DNA of 64,000 nt from Octopus vulgaris (lineage: Eukaryota). Under the pieces are notes generated by a model. The model worked only from the letters and a program-made list of their open reading frames with translations. It ran no database searches and had not been told where the DNA came from. The stretch covers positions 49,228,001 to 49,292,000 of the forward strand of contig OX597824.1 of NCBI GenBank assembly GCA_951406725.2. Reading direction: 5' to 3'. The stretch's first letter is position 1. Every line of letters begins with the position of its first letter. Positions 39,137-50,427 of this stretch are shown piece after piece. A program made the translations under genes and the position numbers.

Positions 39137-39802
39137 GTAATAATCCTTTCTACTATAGGCCCACAGCCTGAAATTTTGGAGAAGAGAATAGTCGATTACA
39201 TTGACCCCAGTACCCAAGTGGTATTTATTTTATTGACCCTGAAAAGATGAAAGTCAACCTCAGTGGAATGCTGAGCAGACAAAAAGATACAGATTTGCCA
39301 TCATGATATTACCATAATATTTCTAGTCATAACAGCGTAGTCACAGAACCAAATGAACCAGCTATTTTGTGATAAACTATAGAGTTTGTCTCTCACAATG
39401 TGAATAGATTGCTGTTTGTATTCTTCATTCAAAGACCAACATGGAAGATACTATGTGCAATATCTAAAGTTTCCGCTAATTGTTCACAAATGTTGTTCAT
39501 CATTTATATGCAGCCATTAACTCAACACAACCACCATAGATGAAACATGCCCTGCAACAAAACTTATTGTTGGCAATGTCATTGACAAAATATGGCAAGT
39601 GTTATATAGAATAACAGCTGAATCTATGAATAAATATCCATTCTTGGTTATAAGCCATTCACTTTACTCACCTCTTCAATGTTTCTGATACAAACCTGCT
39701 TGAGACAACCCTGATACAAACTTTCTGTCTCAAAATGATCTAAATTAAAACTGTCTTTTGGAATTTCAAGTTAATTTATATTCCAAACATCAGCTTAATA
39801 AT

Positions 39803-40464
39803 AACAAGAGTGCTGAGAGAGCACAAACCTCTGCCGATGCAACACCAACGTCCTCTCAACGATTAACCAGATGATTTTTAAAATGAGAATATCTGAAATA
39901 AAGTCCTTCAATGAATATCATGAGACCTTTTGGTTTTCTCTTCTCTTAAATTCTGGTCTTCCTTTTGTAATCCTGCTGTTTTAGATTGATGTACAGAATT
40001 AAGTATATATGTAAATATACTGTAAAGTGTTAAAATGTATGTATAATCTCCTAATATAATAACGAGCGTTGTCTTTTTATATATTTGTATACATACACAC
40101 ACACACACAAAGTAAATCCAAAAAGAACAAACACAAAAAACAACAATGCAAGGACGTGGTACATGTAATGTATTAGCTGGTGCTCAGGAAAGGAAAGTAA
40201 GGTGGTTTAACGTTTTGAGCAGACGCTCTTTTTCAGAAACAGTGGAAAATCCAATAGAAGGGAAGATGGAGGAAGAAAATCGCCAATGATTCACATGTGG
40301 TTAGTCAGAGTGAGACGTGAAGATAGAGGAGATAAATGGCAAAGAGAGCATCGTATGAATGAGAAAGGAAGGGATGATAGATGAATAATGAAGGCAGGAG
40401 GGGAGAGCCAATAAACGAAGTGTGAGCATATGTGCATGTAAAAGAGAGGTATGTTTGCATGTGT

Positions 40465-40528
<64 letters not shown>

Positions 40529-40840
40529 AATGGAAATGGGACGGTAATGTTCAACACTGAAAATGTGTGAATATATGTGTGTATGTGTATATGTGTACAA
40601 GAGAGCTATGTGAAACTTTACAGATACATGTAAAGTAAAAAAAATTGGAAAAATAATCCAGAACCTTTGCCCGGTACCAGATCAATCCCAAAATCTAATG
40701 AGACCATGTCAGTCATGAGGCCAAACATCCCTGAAAATGTCATCTAAATTCATCCAGTGGTTCTTAAAATATCTTGTCCATGGACAAACAAATGAACACA
40801 ACTGAAAACAATACCTCCACCTTCACTAAGGCTGAGGTAA
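39803..40840 (+). mobile_element. Helentron-associated non-autonomous element (HINE/DINE-like)
   Basis: AACAAGAG start; subterminal ACCTCTGCC pairing with GGCTGAGGT; 3' hairpin TACCTCCACCTT-CACT-AAGGCTGAGGTA; inserted at an AA/TT site without a duplication. Confidence 0.6.
40110..40600 (-). mobile_element. Penelope-like 3' terminal relic with a decayed hammerhead motif (40205-40240)
   Basis: Similar to 50140-50350, including GCTCAGGAAA..GGAA and CGTTT(T/C)GAGC..GCTCTT..GAAAC; followed by (TG)n. Confidence 0.65.
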
Positions 40841-41795
40841 TGACGTTATTTTTATTAAATTCTTCATCATTTTCAAATTTTGTGCCTATGTAAGTTTTTA
40901 TTTTTATTGAAAATAGACATCAGGCTCTGTGGTTGTCAGTTCATAACTAACTGAGGACATTAGGTTATGTTCTTCAACAAGACAATTCATTTAATTTTGA
41001 CAAGCTATTAACCTTATCTCTAAAAGATGAAAATATTAAAAATATTTACATTTACATTACATTTTCATCAGTTTGATCTCCAGTCATCATCAGGTGTCTT
41101 ATTTCTGGAAGTGTTCATAGAGAGTGAAAGGAAGTATTTTCCTACAGAGAATGGAAATCTAATCACAGACTTACCCTGATAATACTTTCTAAAATTAGCT
41201 CCAAGCTACAAATTATCAGAATGGATTCCAACAAAGACTTTCATGAACTAACTCTCTAGTTTGAATTCAGTCTGAGATTATGTACACTGCCATGAATAAG
41301 ATAAACTGAAATTGAATTGTAATATAGATTTAAACATTATAAAACTAATGTTTCATCCTTAAAGATGATGTTAACTGTCTGAAAAATTATAATCTTCTTA
41401 ACAGTAACTTCTATCAGTTCTGTTGACTTTTAATCATGATCAAGAGATTCTGACAATTTGTGTTATGCAAATATGAACTCAGCTATAAAAATGACAGAAA
41501 CAGATAGAGAAATAGAGCTATCACTAAACACAAAGCTTTCACATATCTTAGGCAAGTGAACTTGGCAGAGCCCGCTCTTTACAGATTTTATAAGCAGGAG
41601 CATTCAAGATTAATATGGAAAACTATGAAATGTTTGTGTATTTTACACTGCTGCTATGGTTTACAGTAGTAGATTATTCCTAGCTGGTGGTACCTACTTG
41701 TATCTAAATGAACTCAACAGTTTGTGGCTTAGACAAAACACAGAATCTGCTGATCTCTAAGCTAGTGTCTTATTGACTTATCTACACTTTTTTAA

Positions 41796-42014
41796 CCCTT
41801 TAGTATTTAAACCGGCCATATCCGGCCAAAATATTTAATCTGTTTTATGTTCAAACTGACCAGATCCAGGCCCTCACATCTACCCTACAATGTTATTCTA
41901 CATTAAATAATTACACCATCAAGATCTTGAAGATATGAGATAATGCATGATTAATTCAAATCAATGTGAATCAATAAGCATTATGTTTGATAGAATAATC
42001 TGAACACTAAAGGG
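41796..42014. mobile_element. piggyBac-like MITE with TTAA target-site duplication
   Basis: TTAA|CCCTTTAGT...ACTAAAGGG|TTAA; other copies at ~12480-12686 and 55125-55339. Confidence 0.85.
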
Positions 42015-43436
42015 TTAAAGTGATAAACTACTTCTTAAACTGTTGTCCAGCCCCTACCAATGTACCTATTGCATCAAAGCATCCATAAAAGAATCAATCA
42101 AACAGTATTTTAGTTAACATCCCATTTGATCTCAAAGTAAAAACACATCCCAAACTCCCATTATATTTCTCACTTAATGCAATTATTGGTGGTGGTGGTC
42201 ATTTAGGTTTTTAGTGAACCAAAGATGTGAAGGTGGACAGGCAAACAAAACAGTGACTGATGCTTCTAGTCAGGATAAGTTCACCTTTACCGTAGATCAT
42301 GGTGTCTTAAGATTTAGCAATGTTAAATATGTTGATCATTATTTTAAAGATGGTATATTTAGATAGTTTGCTGGAAAAGTTAATCCTGATGTATTGAGTT
42401 TATTTATTCATTAGGCAATTGCTATGGTAAATTACTGTATTTATGCATGTATAATATACACTTCGTTCATGAAAAAACAAAACAAAAGAATGACTGCATT
42501 ATTTCCACAATATTGACTTTACAGCAGGTGCACTTTTATAGTCTAGAATGGTAAAATTCAAATGTTGCTTTTGAATCTGCTTTCTGTTTTATTTAGGATG
42601 TGTGAATGTTTTCAGTATATTATATACAGCAATTATAATAAATCTGACTAAATGACTGTGTGAATATTTTCAATATATTTTTATACAGTAACTCTAATAA
42701 ATCTGATAAAAACTTCTTTTTCTATACATTGTATTACTAAATAAAAGTCATAGCATATTTATCCAGCATTCCATTGTCCATAATTACAAGCATGCATTAT
42801 ACATGAGTGCATATTATACACGAATTCAGTTTTTATAGGAATAATTTATTGATTAAGTTGATGTCATTAAGTGTAGAGAATAACCAAACTGTGGAATACA
42901 TGCACATGTGATTCAAGTAAGAATCAGAAATTGTAGATCATTTAATCAATGTTAGGATGGAAAAACCAACAGTTAAAAAATTGATTTAAAAACTGATGTT
43001 AATACAACTAATATAACTTCAAGAAAAAAGAAGAAAGAAAGACAGAAAAGGAGGAAGGAAAGAAAGATAGATAGAAAGAAAGAACAAAGGAGGAAAGAAG
43101 GGAAGAAAAAAAGAAAGAACAAGTGGAAGAACAAAAGAAAACTGCAATAATTACAAATATTGTAATTAGAAAGCAAATGAATTTTAACTTTTATATCCTA
43201 TTTTATTGACTGATGTATACAGTAGAGTATTGCAATATATCACAGGTTTTAAGTTGTTTAGAGACTTTGACAGATAAGTCTGTGACTATGAAAGAGGAAA
43301 GTCTGTTGCAGAGGCTGTCAATGAAAGAATTTAAAGTTGGTGCTAGAAGCTAACAAAATTTCATGAATTATCTAGTAATAATTACTGCTTAATGATTGGA
43401 GTAAGTTACTCCTAATCATGGTACTTATTCTTTTCT

Positions 43437-43645
43437 CCTCTAGGCACAAAGCCCGAAATTTTGGGGGAGGGGGCCAGTCGATTAGATCAACCCCAGTACA
43501 CAACTGGTATTTAATTTATCGACCCCCAAGAGGATGAAAGGCAAAGTTGACCTCAACAGAATTTGAACTCAGAATGCAAAGATAGACAAAATATCACTAA
43601 GTATTTCACCTGGTGTGCTAACGTTTCTTCCAGCTTGCTGCCTTT
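43437..43645 (-). mobile_element. SINE family B copy
   Basis: Reverse complement of family B. Confidence 0.75.
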
Positions 43646-44459
43646 ATTCATAGCACTTATTCACAACAAGGTAGACTAGATTACTGAGTTGTAAATTTCT
43701 TTACCATGTTCCGGGGATACAATGTAACACTTCAGGTCAAAATTAGTTGCTAACTTTTCATTAATAGATTGGCTGTTTAGTTCCTCAACCACCTGTGACT
43801 GACTTCCAACCAATTCAATAATGTGCATATTCTGGTTATTGACTTTAAGATCAATAATTGATATGAATTTTATATGAATTTCTTTTTTATTATTAAATAA
43901 AAGAAGATGGTAAGCTGGCAGAATTGTTAGCACATCGGACAGAATGCCTTGTAACATCTCTTCCAGTTTTACATTCTGAGTTTAAATTGTGCCAAGGTTG
44001 CCTTTGCCTTTCATCCTTTTAGGGTTGATAAAATAAACACTAACTGAGCACTGGGTTTGATGCAATCAACCATTCTCTCCTCACAAATTTCAGGCCTTGC
44101 ACCTATGGAAGAAAGGCTTATTAAATAAAAGAAAAACAAGGATGTGAGTTTGAAGCAAGACTAAACAAAGCAAAACACTTTTTTAAAAAATTAAATTCTA
44201 TTGTTATATTTTGGGATGGTCATTTTCCCCTACCCCAAATAAATACACATACTATATATTCATTCTACACTTCAGATTTATTATTGTCCTTATTTTATGC
44301 CCTTTGTCTGGAAATCTTTCATCACACCTCCTGTGACTTCTTCAGTGACTTTCGATCCCATGTGTCTCCTCCTGTGTTGTTTAGTCCATTCTCTCTTTCT
44401 ATGGTGTGTATCCTTATCTGTGCATGCATTTACATCTGTATCAGTGTGTGTGTGTGCAT

Positions 44460-44504
<45 letters not shown>

Positions 44505-45011
44505 ATAATTGTATGTGTGTACACAAAAAATAGGGAAGTTATGTGCTTCCTCACAGACAAGTCCAGCAGAATGTTGATAGACAGCCTGCTGAACTACATC
44601 AAAGCAATGCAACCCAACATCACCAACATGAAGGAAACAACAGCATAAGAGCATGAAGGTGAGAGAAAAGACCCCCAATGTTCACATGATGGTGTGGTCA
44701 AACACCCTGGAAGCAAAGAAGCACCTGGCCAACAACTTCCAGGCCACAAACAATGACATCCCAACAATATCCATTCTATTCAATGAAAAAGAGTTTGTAT
44801 CAGGCCAATTTGGAACCACCTCTTAGCCACCATTGCTCCTGGATCTACTCTGACCTAGGGCAATAGCAACTGTCAGGGTTCCAAGTATAGATTAAATAGC
44901 ATACTGTTACTTAGCGGCACTGTGTCCATCTTTATGTTCTGAGTTCAAATTCCGCCAGGGTTGTTTTTGCCTTTCATCGTTTCAGGGTCAATAAATTAAG
45001 TACCAGTGAAA

Positions 45012-45209
45012 CAATAATGTGCATATTCTGGTTATTGACTTTAAGATCAATAATTGATATGAATTTTTTATGAATTTCTTTTTTATTATTAAATAAAAGA
45101 AGATGGCAAGCTGGCAGAATTGTTAGCACGTCGGACAGAATGCCTTGTAACATCTCTTCCAGTTTTACATTCTGAGTTTAAATTGTGCCAAGGTCGCCTT
45201 TGCCTTTCA
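45012..45209 (+). repeat. 198 bp local duplicate of 43816-44013
   Basis: Four substitutions between the two copies by manual comparison. Confidence 0.9.
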
Positions 45210-45625
45210 CAGACTAATTGGCTAATCCCTTCCCACCAAAATTTCAGGCCTTGTGCCTTTAGTAGAAAGGATTATTATTCTAAGTTCAAATTCCGCTGAG
45301 ATAAGTACCAGTTACACACCGGGGTCAATGTAATCGACTTACCCCCTCTCCACCAAATTTCATGCCTCATGCCTATAGTAGAAAGGATTATTATTATTGT
45401 TATTTGTTGTTGTAAAGGAGCAAGCTGGCATAATCATTAGCAGACCAGACAAAATGCCTAGCAGCATTTCTTTATACTCTGAGTCCAAATGCTACTGAGG
45501 CTGACTTTGCTGTTCATCCTTTTTGGGGTGCAAGGTTGATGAAATAAGTACCAGTTATGCACTGGTGCCAATGTAGCTAACTATCCTCATCTTCCAAAAT
45601 TTCAAGCCTTGTGCCTGTAATAGAA

Positions 45626-45803
<178 letters not shown>

Positions 45804-46160
45804 AAACCACTAGTAGTAACAGAGAACAGGACAAAAAGAACAAACTGATATCGAGAAAAGATTTATTCCTGTGACAGACCAAAATTATTACATGTACATA
45901 TTCATCTCTGATAGCAGAAGATGGTAAAATCCACACTTACATTTTGCAGTGGTACTCAAAGTAAAAGTGTCAGGTGTGTTCATAGTGGTGATGGTGATGA
46001 TAATGATGGTGGTGACGGTGAAGGTGACAGTAGCAGTTGCGGTGGTGGTGGTGGTGGTGGTATTGCTTGTAGGGAAGGAACTGAAAAAACGAATCAATGT
46101 TACTTGCCATTTCATTCTCTTTCTTTTTCTGTCTCCCCCTCTCTCTTTCACTCCCTCTCA

Positions 46161-46207
<47 letters not shown>

Positions 46208-46821
46208 ACCTACTTTACCACCTCATGATCATTTCATAATGGTCGGAATACTAATGGCTAATGGACACACTGATGGCCAACAGATATTCTTGTTAAAACA
46301 ACAGTAACAACAACAAAAGAAACAAAAGTAATGAATAATAAACACCCTCACACATATGCATGCATATACATGCACGCACACACACATACACAAACACACA
46401 CATCACAGGATACACACTCACAAACACACACACACACGTATGTAAGGGAGATTAAGTGTTATTCCCACTGAACAGAATTTATAAAGAAACACTGAAAAGT
46501 CCGATCACGTTTGTGTTAAGTTAATTTATCATGTAGAGAGCTTCCAGAACTACAGTCTGCCAATTCACATTCAGTCTGGATTAAAATAAATAAATGTCAG
46601 TTTTTGTATATGTGTGTGCGTGTTTTGGCTGCTTTTTTTTAAAAGAAATTTTATATATATTTGTTTCTTTTTCTCATTCATGCTTTTTTTTTTTTAAATC
46701 TTACTCTCAGAAAATTTGGTCAAACAAGAATGGAAATTTTGAACCAACTTCCAGTGAAAGTGGTTATTTTGCAATTTTTGTAATTTTTGGCTCTTTTCTT
46801 TTTAAATTAAAAGTATGCTTA

Positions 46822-46864
<43 letters not shown>

Positions 46865-47161
46865 CTATATGTACATTTTTACTTAAAAAGGGAAAAGTGC
46901 ATCTTGTATAATCCTTTATTTTCTCTGGGAGGAAAGCAAGGAATTACCTTCAAACTGGACCAAGACTGAATGCTTGGTGAAATGCACCAAAAGCATCCAA
47001 GGACCAGGTGTTTCTATCTACCAAATCCACACATAAGTCTTTAGCCAACATGAGTCTATAGTTGAAGACACTTGTCCAAGATGCCACACAGTAGAACTAA
47101 ACTTGAAACCACATGGTTCAAAAGTGAACTTCTTTACCAAATAGACATGCCCATACCCATA

Positions 47162-47367
47162 TACAAAGGGATGCTGAAAAGTTCCTGGTTTTGGGTAAAA
47201 GAAAATACAGGCAGATCTGTTAATTATTCAATATATTCCCCTCTCAGATTCACACACTTATCGCAGTCCTTCAGTTTTTCAAAGCCTTGCAAAAGAACTC
47301 GGAAGTTTGGGCCTCCGACCAGGCCTTCGGCAACACCCTTAATGCCAGGAACTTTTTAAAACCCTTC

Positions 47368-47370
<3 letters not shown>
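47162..47370. mobile_element. mariner-derived MITE
   Basis: TACAAAGGGATGCTGAAAAGTTCCTGG ... CCAGGAACTTTTTAAAACCCTTCATA; ends resemble those of the element at 30438. Confidence 0.75.
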
Positions 47371-47400
<30 letters not shown>

Positions 47401-48046
47401 TGTATGTATGTATGTATGTATGTATGTATGTATGCATGTATGTATGTATGTATCAGATTGTATATACATACATACATGAACATATATCCATTAGTTATCA
47501 CTAAGTCTATAATTCTCAACTTGCTAGTGAAGATTAACAAATATTAATATGCACAGAAAATATAATTTAAGATGGATGTTCTTCACATAATGTCTATAGC
47601 TACTGTTATATCCATATTCCCAGTACTTGAAGCCAAAAGGCCAAACGCATTTGTTGCTGTTGTTGTTTAATCCTAAGTCAATCGTGATTGCTCAAACTTA
47701 TAGTTAAAAATATTTAAATAGCATTATAATATTTCCTTTTTTGTTTTTTGTTTTGCTAAAGTGTATCTGTGAAGTTATTCTATATGTCCTTCTTCTTTTT
47801 GAAAAAAAAAACGGTGTGATTTAGGGAATATTTGGCTGTTGTTTCTAATAGGGTGAGTGATCACATAGAGGTTGACTATGTGAGGAATGATTCTATATAT
47901 ATCTCACACTGTCGTGTTTCTTTCTCTGAGACTCTAACAGAAACCGTAGAGCAAGTCAATTAGAGAAAAATGATCTGCTCAACAGATTATATGTACATAC
48001 ACATGCATGCATGTGTGCACATGCATGCACACACACACACATATAG

Positions 48047-48209
48047 GTGCAGGCATGGCTGCATGGTAAGAAATTTGCCTCCCAACCACATGGTTCTTTT
48101 GTATCCAGTCCTATTGCATGGTACCTTAGGCAAGTGTCTTCCACTATAGTCTCAGGCCTACCAAAGTCTTGTGAGTGGATATAGTTGACAGAAATTGAAA
48201 GAAGCCTAT

Positions 48210-48255
<46 letters not shown>

Positions 48256-48480
48256 TGCATGTGTCCTGTGTCTATGTCTGTTCCCCACCACCACTTGACA
48301 GCTAGTGTTAGTGTGGTTAAATCTCTAACATAGCAGTTAGGCAAAAGGGAATAATAGAATAAGTACCAATCTTTAAAAAAATAAACACTGGAATTGATTT
48401 GTTCAACTAAAAATTCGTCAAGGCAGTGCCCCAGCATAGCCACAGTCTAATTACCGAAACAAATAAGAGGATGAAAGAAT
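48047..48480 (+). mobile_element. SINE family A copy
   Basis: Colinear with 13546-13878. Confidence 0.8.
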
Positions 48481-49155
48481 ACCAGTATAAATGAAGTTGT
48501 GTGAAAAGACTAAATCAACTGCTACATAATATATAATAGTATTTTGTTAAAATGCATTGCTGTGTTACCTTAAATCTAACAGTTAGTTCCATAGCTGGTG
48601 TCAGAATTAATACAGTTTGTGCTTACATTCATAGGAAAAGTTACAAGGCAGCTTCTATGGTGTTTTATGACTAATACAATCCTTGCACCATACTATCTTT
48701 GCAATCACAATCTCTTCATCATGTGTTAAACATATGTCAATCTAGCAGAACCCATCTCTTGTCAGAATATTGATTATGGTTAAATACCATTAATGCAAAG
48801 AACAGAACTGTTGGTAGCATCCACCACAACTCCATGGTACCCATAGAAATATAGTGGCAGCCACTTTTTATTATCATAGATGTTATAAAACATGGGTAAT
48901 GTTAACAAAATTATGCTCAATATATTGTTTTAGCTCCTATTTAATATTATCAGCTGCATGTTGTTAGCTAGAAGGCAGAGCCAAAGGGGAACAAATAAAC
49001 GGCTTGTATATATATATATATATATACAACTTTAATCAAACATGTATTATACATATCTCTCTCTTTCTTATTTTCCTCTTTCTTCTGTCTCATCTCTCTT
49101 TCTTTATCACTCTCATTCTTTTTCTTCTCTCTCTTATATGTATATATATATATAC

Positions 49156-50000
49156 ACGTTCTATGATGTCCTGTACCCATATATGCATGTGTATATACAT
49201 ATATATGTAAGTATGCACATATATGTATGTATACATGCATATATAATTATATTGTTTATATCATTATATGATTGAATGCCATGCATCCATTTCCAAGTAA
49301 GTTTTATCTTAATAATTTTGATGCGACACTTGTAGTCTATTTGTTTCCTCTCTCTTCCTTTCTCTAATTCTTTTTATCTTCCCTTTTCCCCTGTTTGTTT
49401 TTTTCTCTCTCATCCTTTTTCTAATTCTTTTCCTCTCCTCTTCACCGTTCTCTATCTGTCCCTCTCTCTTCTTCACTCTTCCTCCTTTACTCTCTCATTG
49501 CTCACACATGGCCATTGGCCATTTTTCTTTTCCTAACTTGAATTTCTTTTCTTCTGATCAGCTACAAGAGATCAGACACCTCGTTGTTTGTCTCCTGTCA
49601 AAGTGTGTTTCTCCAGCATGCACCACCTCACCTCGTCTTGGTTTAACAGCCCTTACCATTTTCACCGTAGTGTTTTTGTTATCAACTTTGACCCTCCGCA
49701 AATCCCTAATCTTATTTGATTTGCTTTGCAGGAGCAACCGTTTTGACAAAGGCACATCTTGTTATAAATGCTCAAAATCTGGAGTAGATAAAACAGCCAA
49801 CAACTAATGAAGGTCGCTTTTTATGTTTCTTGTCTTGTTTTCCATTTTTTCTTCCATTGTTAAAAAAAAAGTTCATATTCTATGTTTCTGTATTTTGTAT
49901 TTCATGCCATTTTCGTATTTCCTGTTGTTTACGTTTTATGATGTCCTGTAATGATATATGCATGTGTATATACATATATATGTAAGTATGTACATATGTG

Positions 50001-50010
<10 letters not shown>
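49156..50010 (+). mobile_element. Non-coding unit with ~75 bp terminal direct repeat (775 bp period), Penelope/retrozyme-like
   Basis: ACGTT(C/T)TATGATGTCCTGTA...ATATATGCATGTGTATATACATATATATGTAAGTATG at 49156 and 49931; flanked by (TA)n. Confidence 0.5.
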
Positions 50011-50057
<47 letters not shown>

Positions 50058-50100
50058 TATATAGAAGGAGCTTCTACAGGACTAGAATCAACCCGGGACC

Positions 50101-50137
<37 letters not shown>

Positions 50138-50222
50138 AATCCAAACGGGAACAAAAAAACAACAACAAGGGCACAATTACAGTATTATTATTAATAGGCG
50201 CTCAGGAAATGGAAGCAGGAAG

Positions 50223-50257
50223 GTATGACGTTTCGAGCGGAGCTCTTCGTCGGAAAC
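50223..50257 (-). ncRNA. Minimal hammerhead ribozyme motif of Penelope type
   Basis: GTTT-CCGACGA-A-GAGC(TCC)GCTC-GAAAC-GTC-ATAC; palindromic ACGT stem III; U4>C core variant. Confidence 0.6.
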
Positions 50258-50427
50258 ATAAAGAAGGAAGAGAGAGGAAAGAAAGATCCCGGAGCGGGCA
50301 ACGGAGATAGAGAAAAAAACGGCTGGTGTTAGCAGAAGCACATGGTGAAAGGCGGATGTTTACGATAACAAGAGCAAAGTGGGTTTTTAAAGGCAAAAGA
50401 GTGGAGACAAGGTTGGTAACGCAACAG

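Noticed and set aside
42598-42712. Two-copy ~60 bp tandem duplication
   Set aside because: Ordinary diverged local duplication with no further structure.
44540-44860. C/A-rich coding-like stretch
   Set aside because: Contains stops; possibly a decayed LINE ORF1, but no motif could be confirmed.
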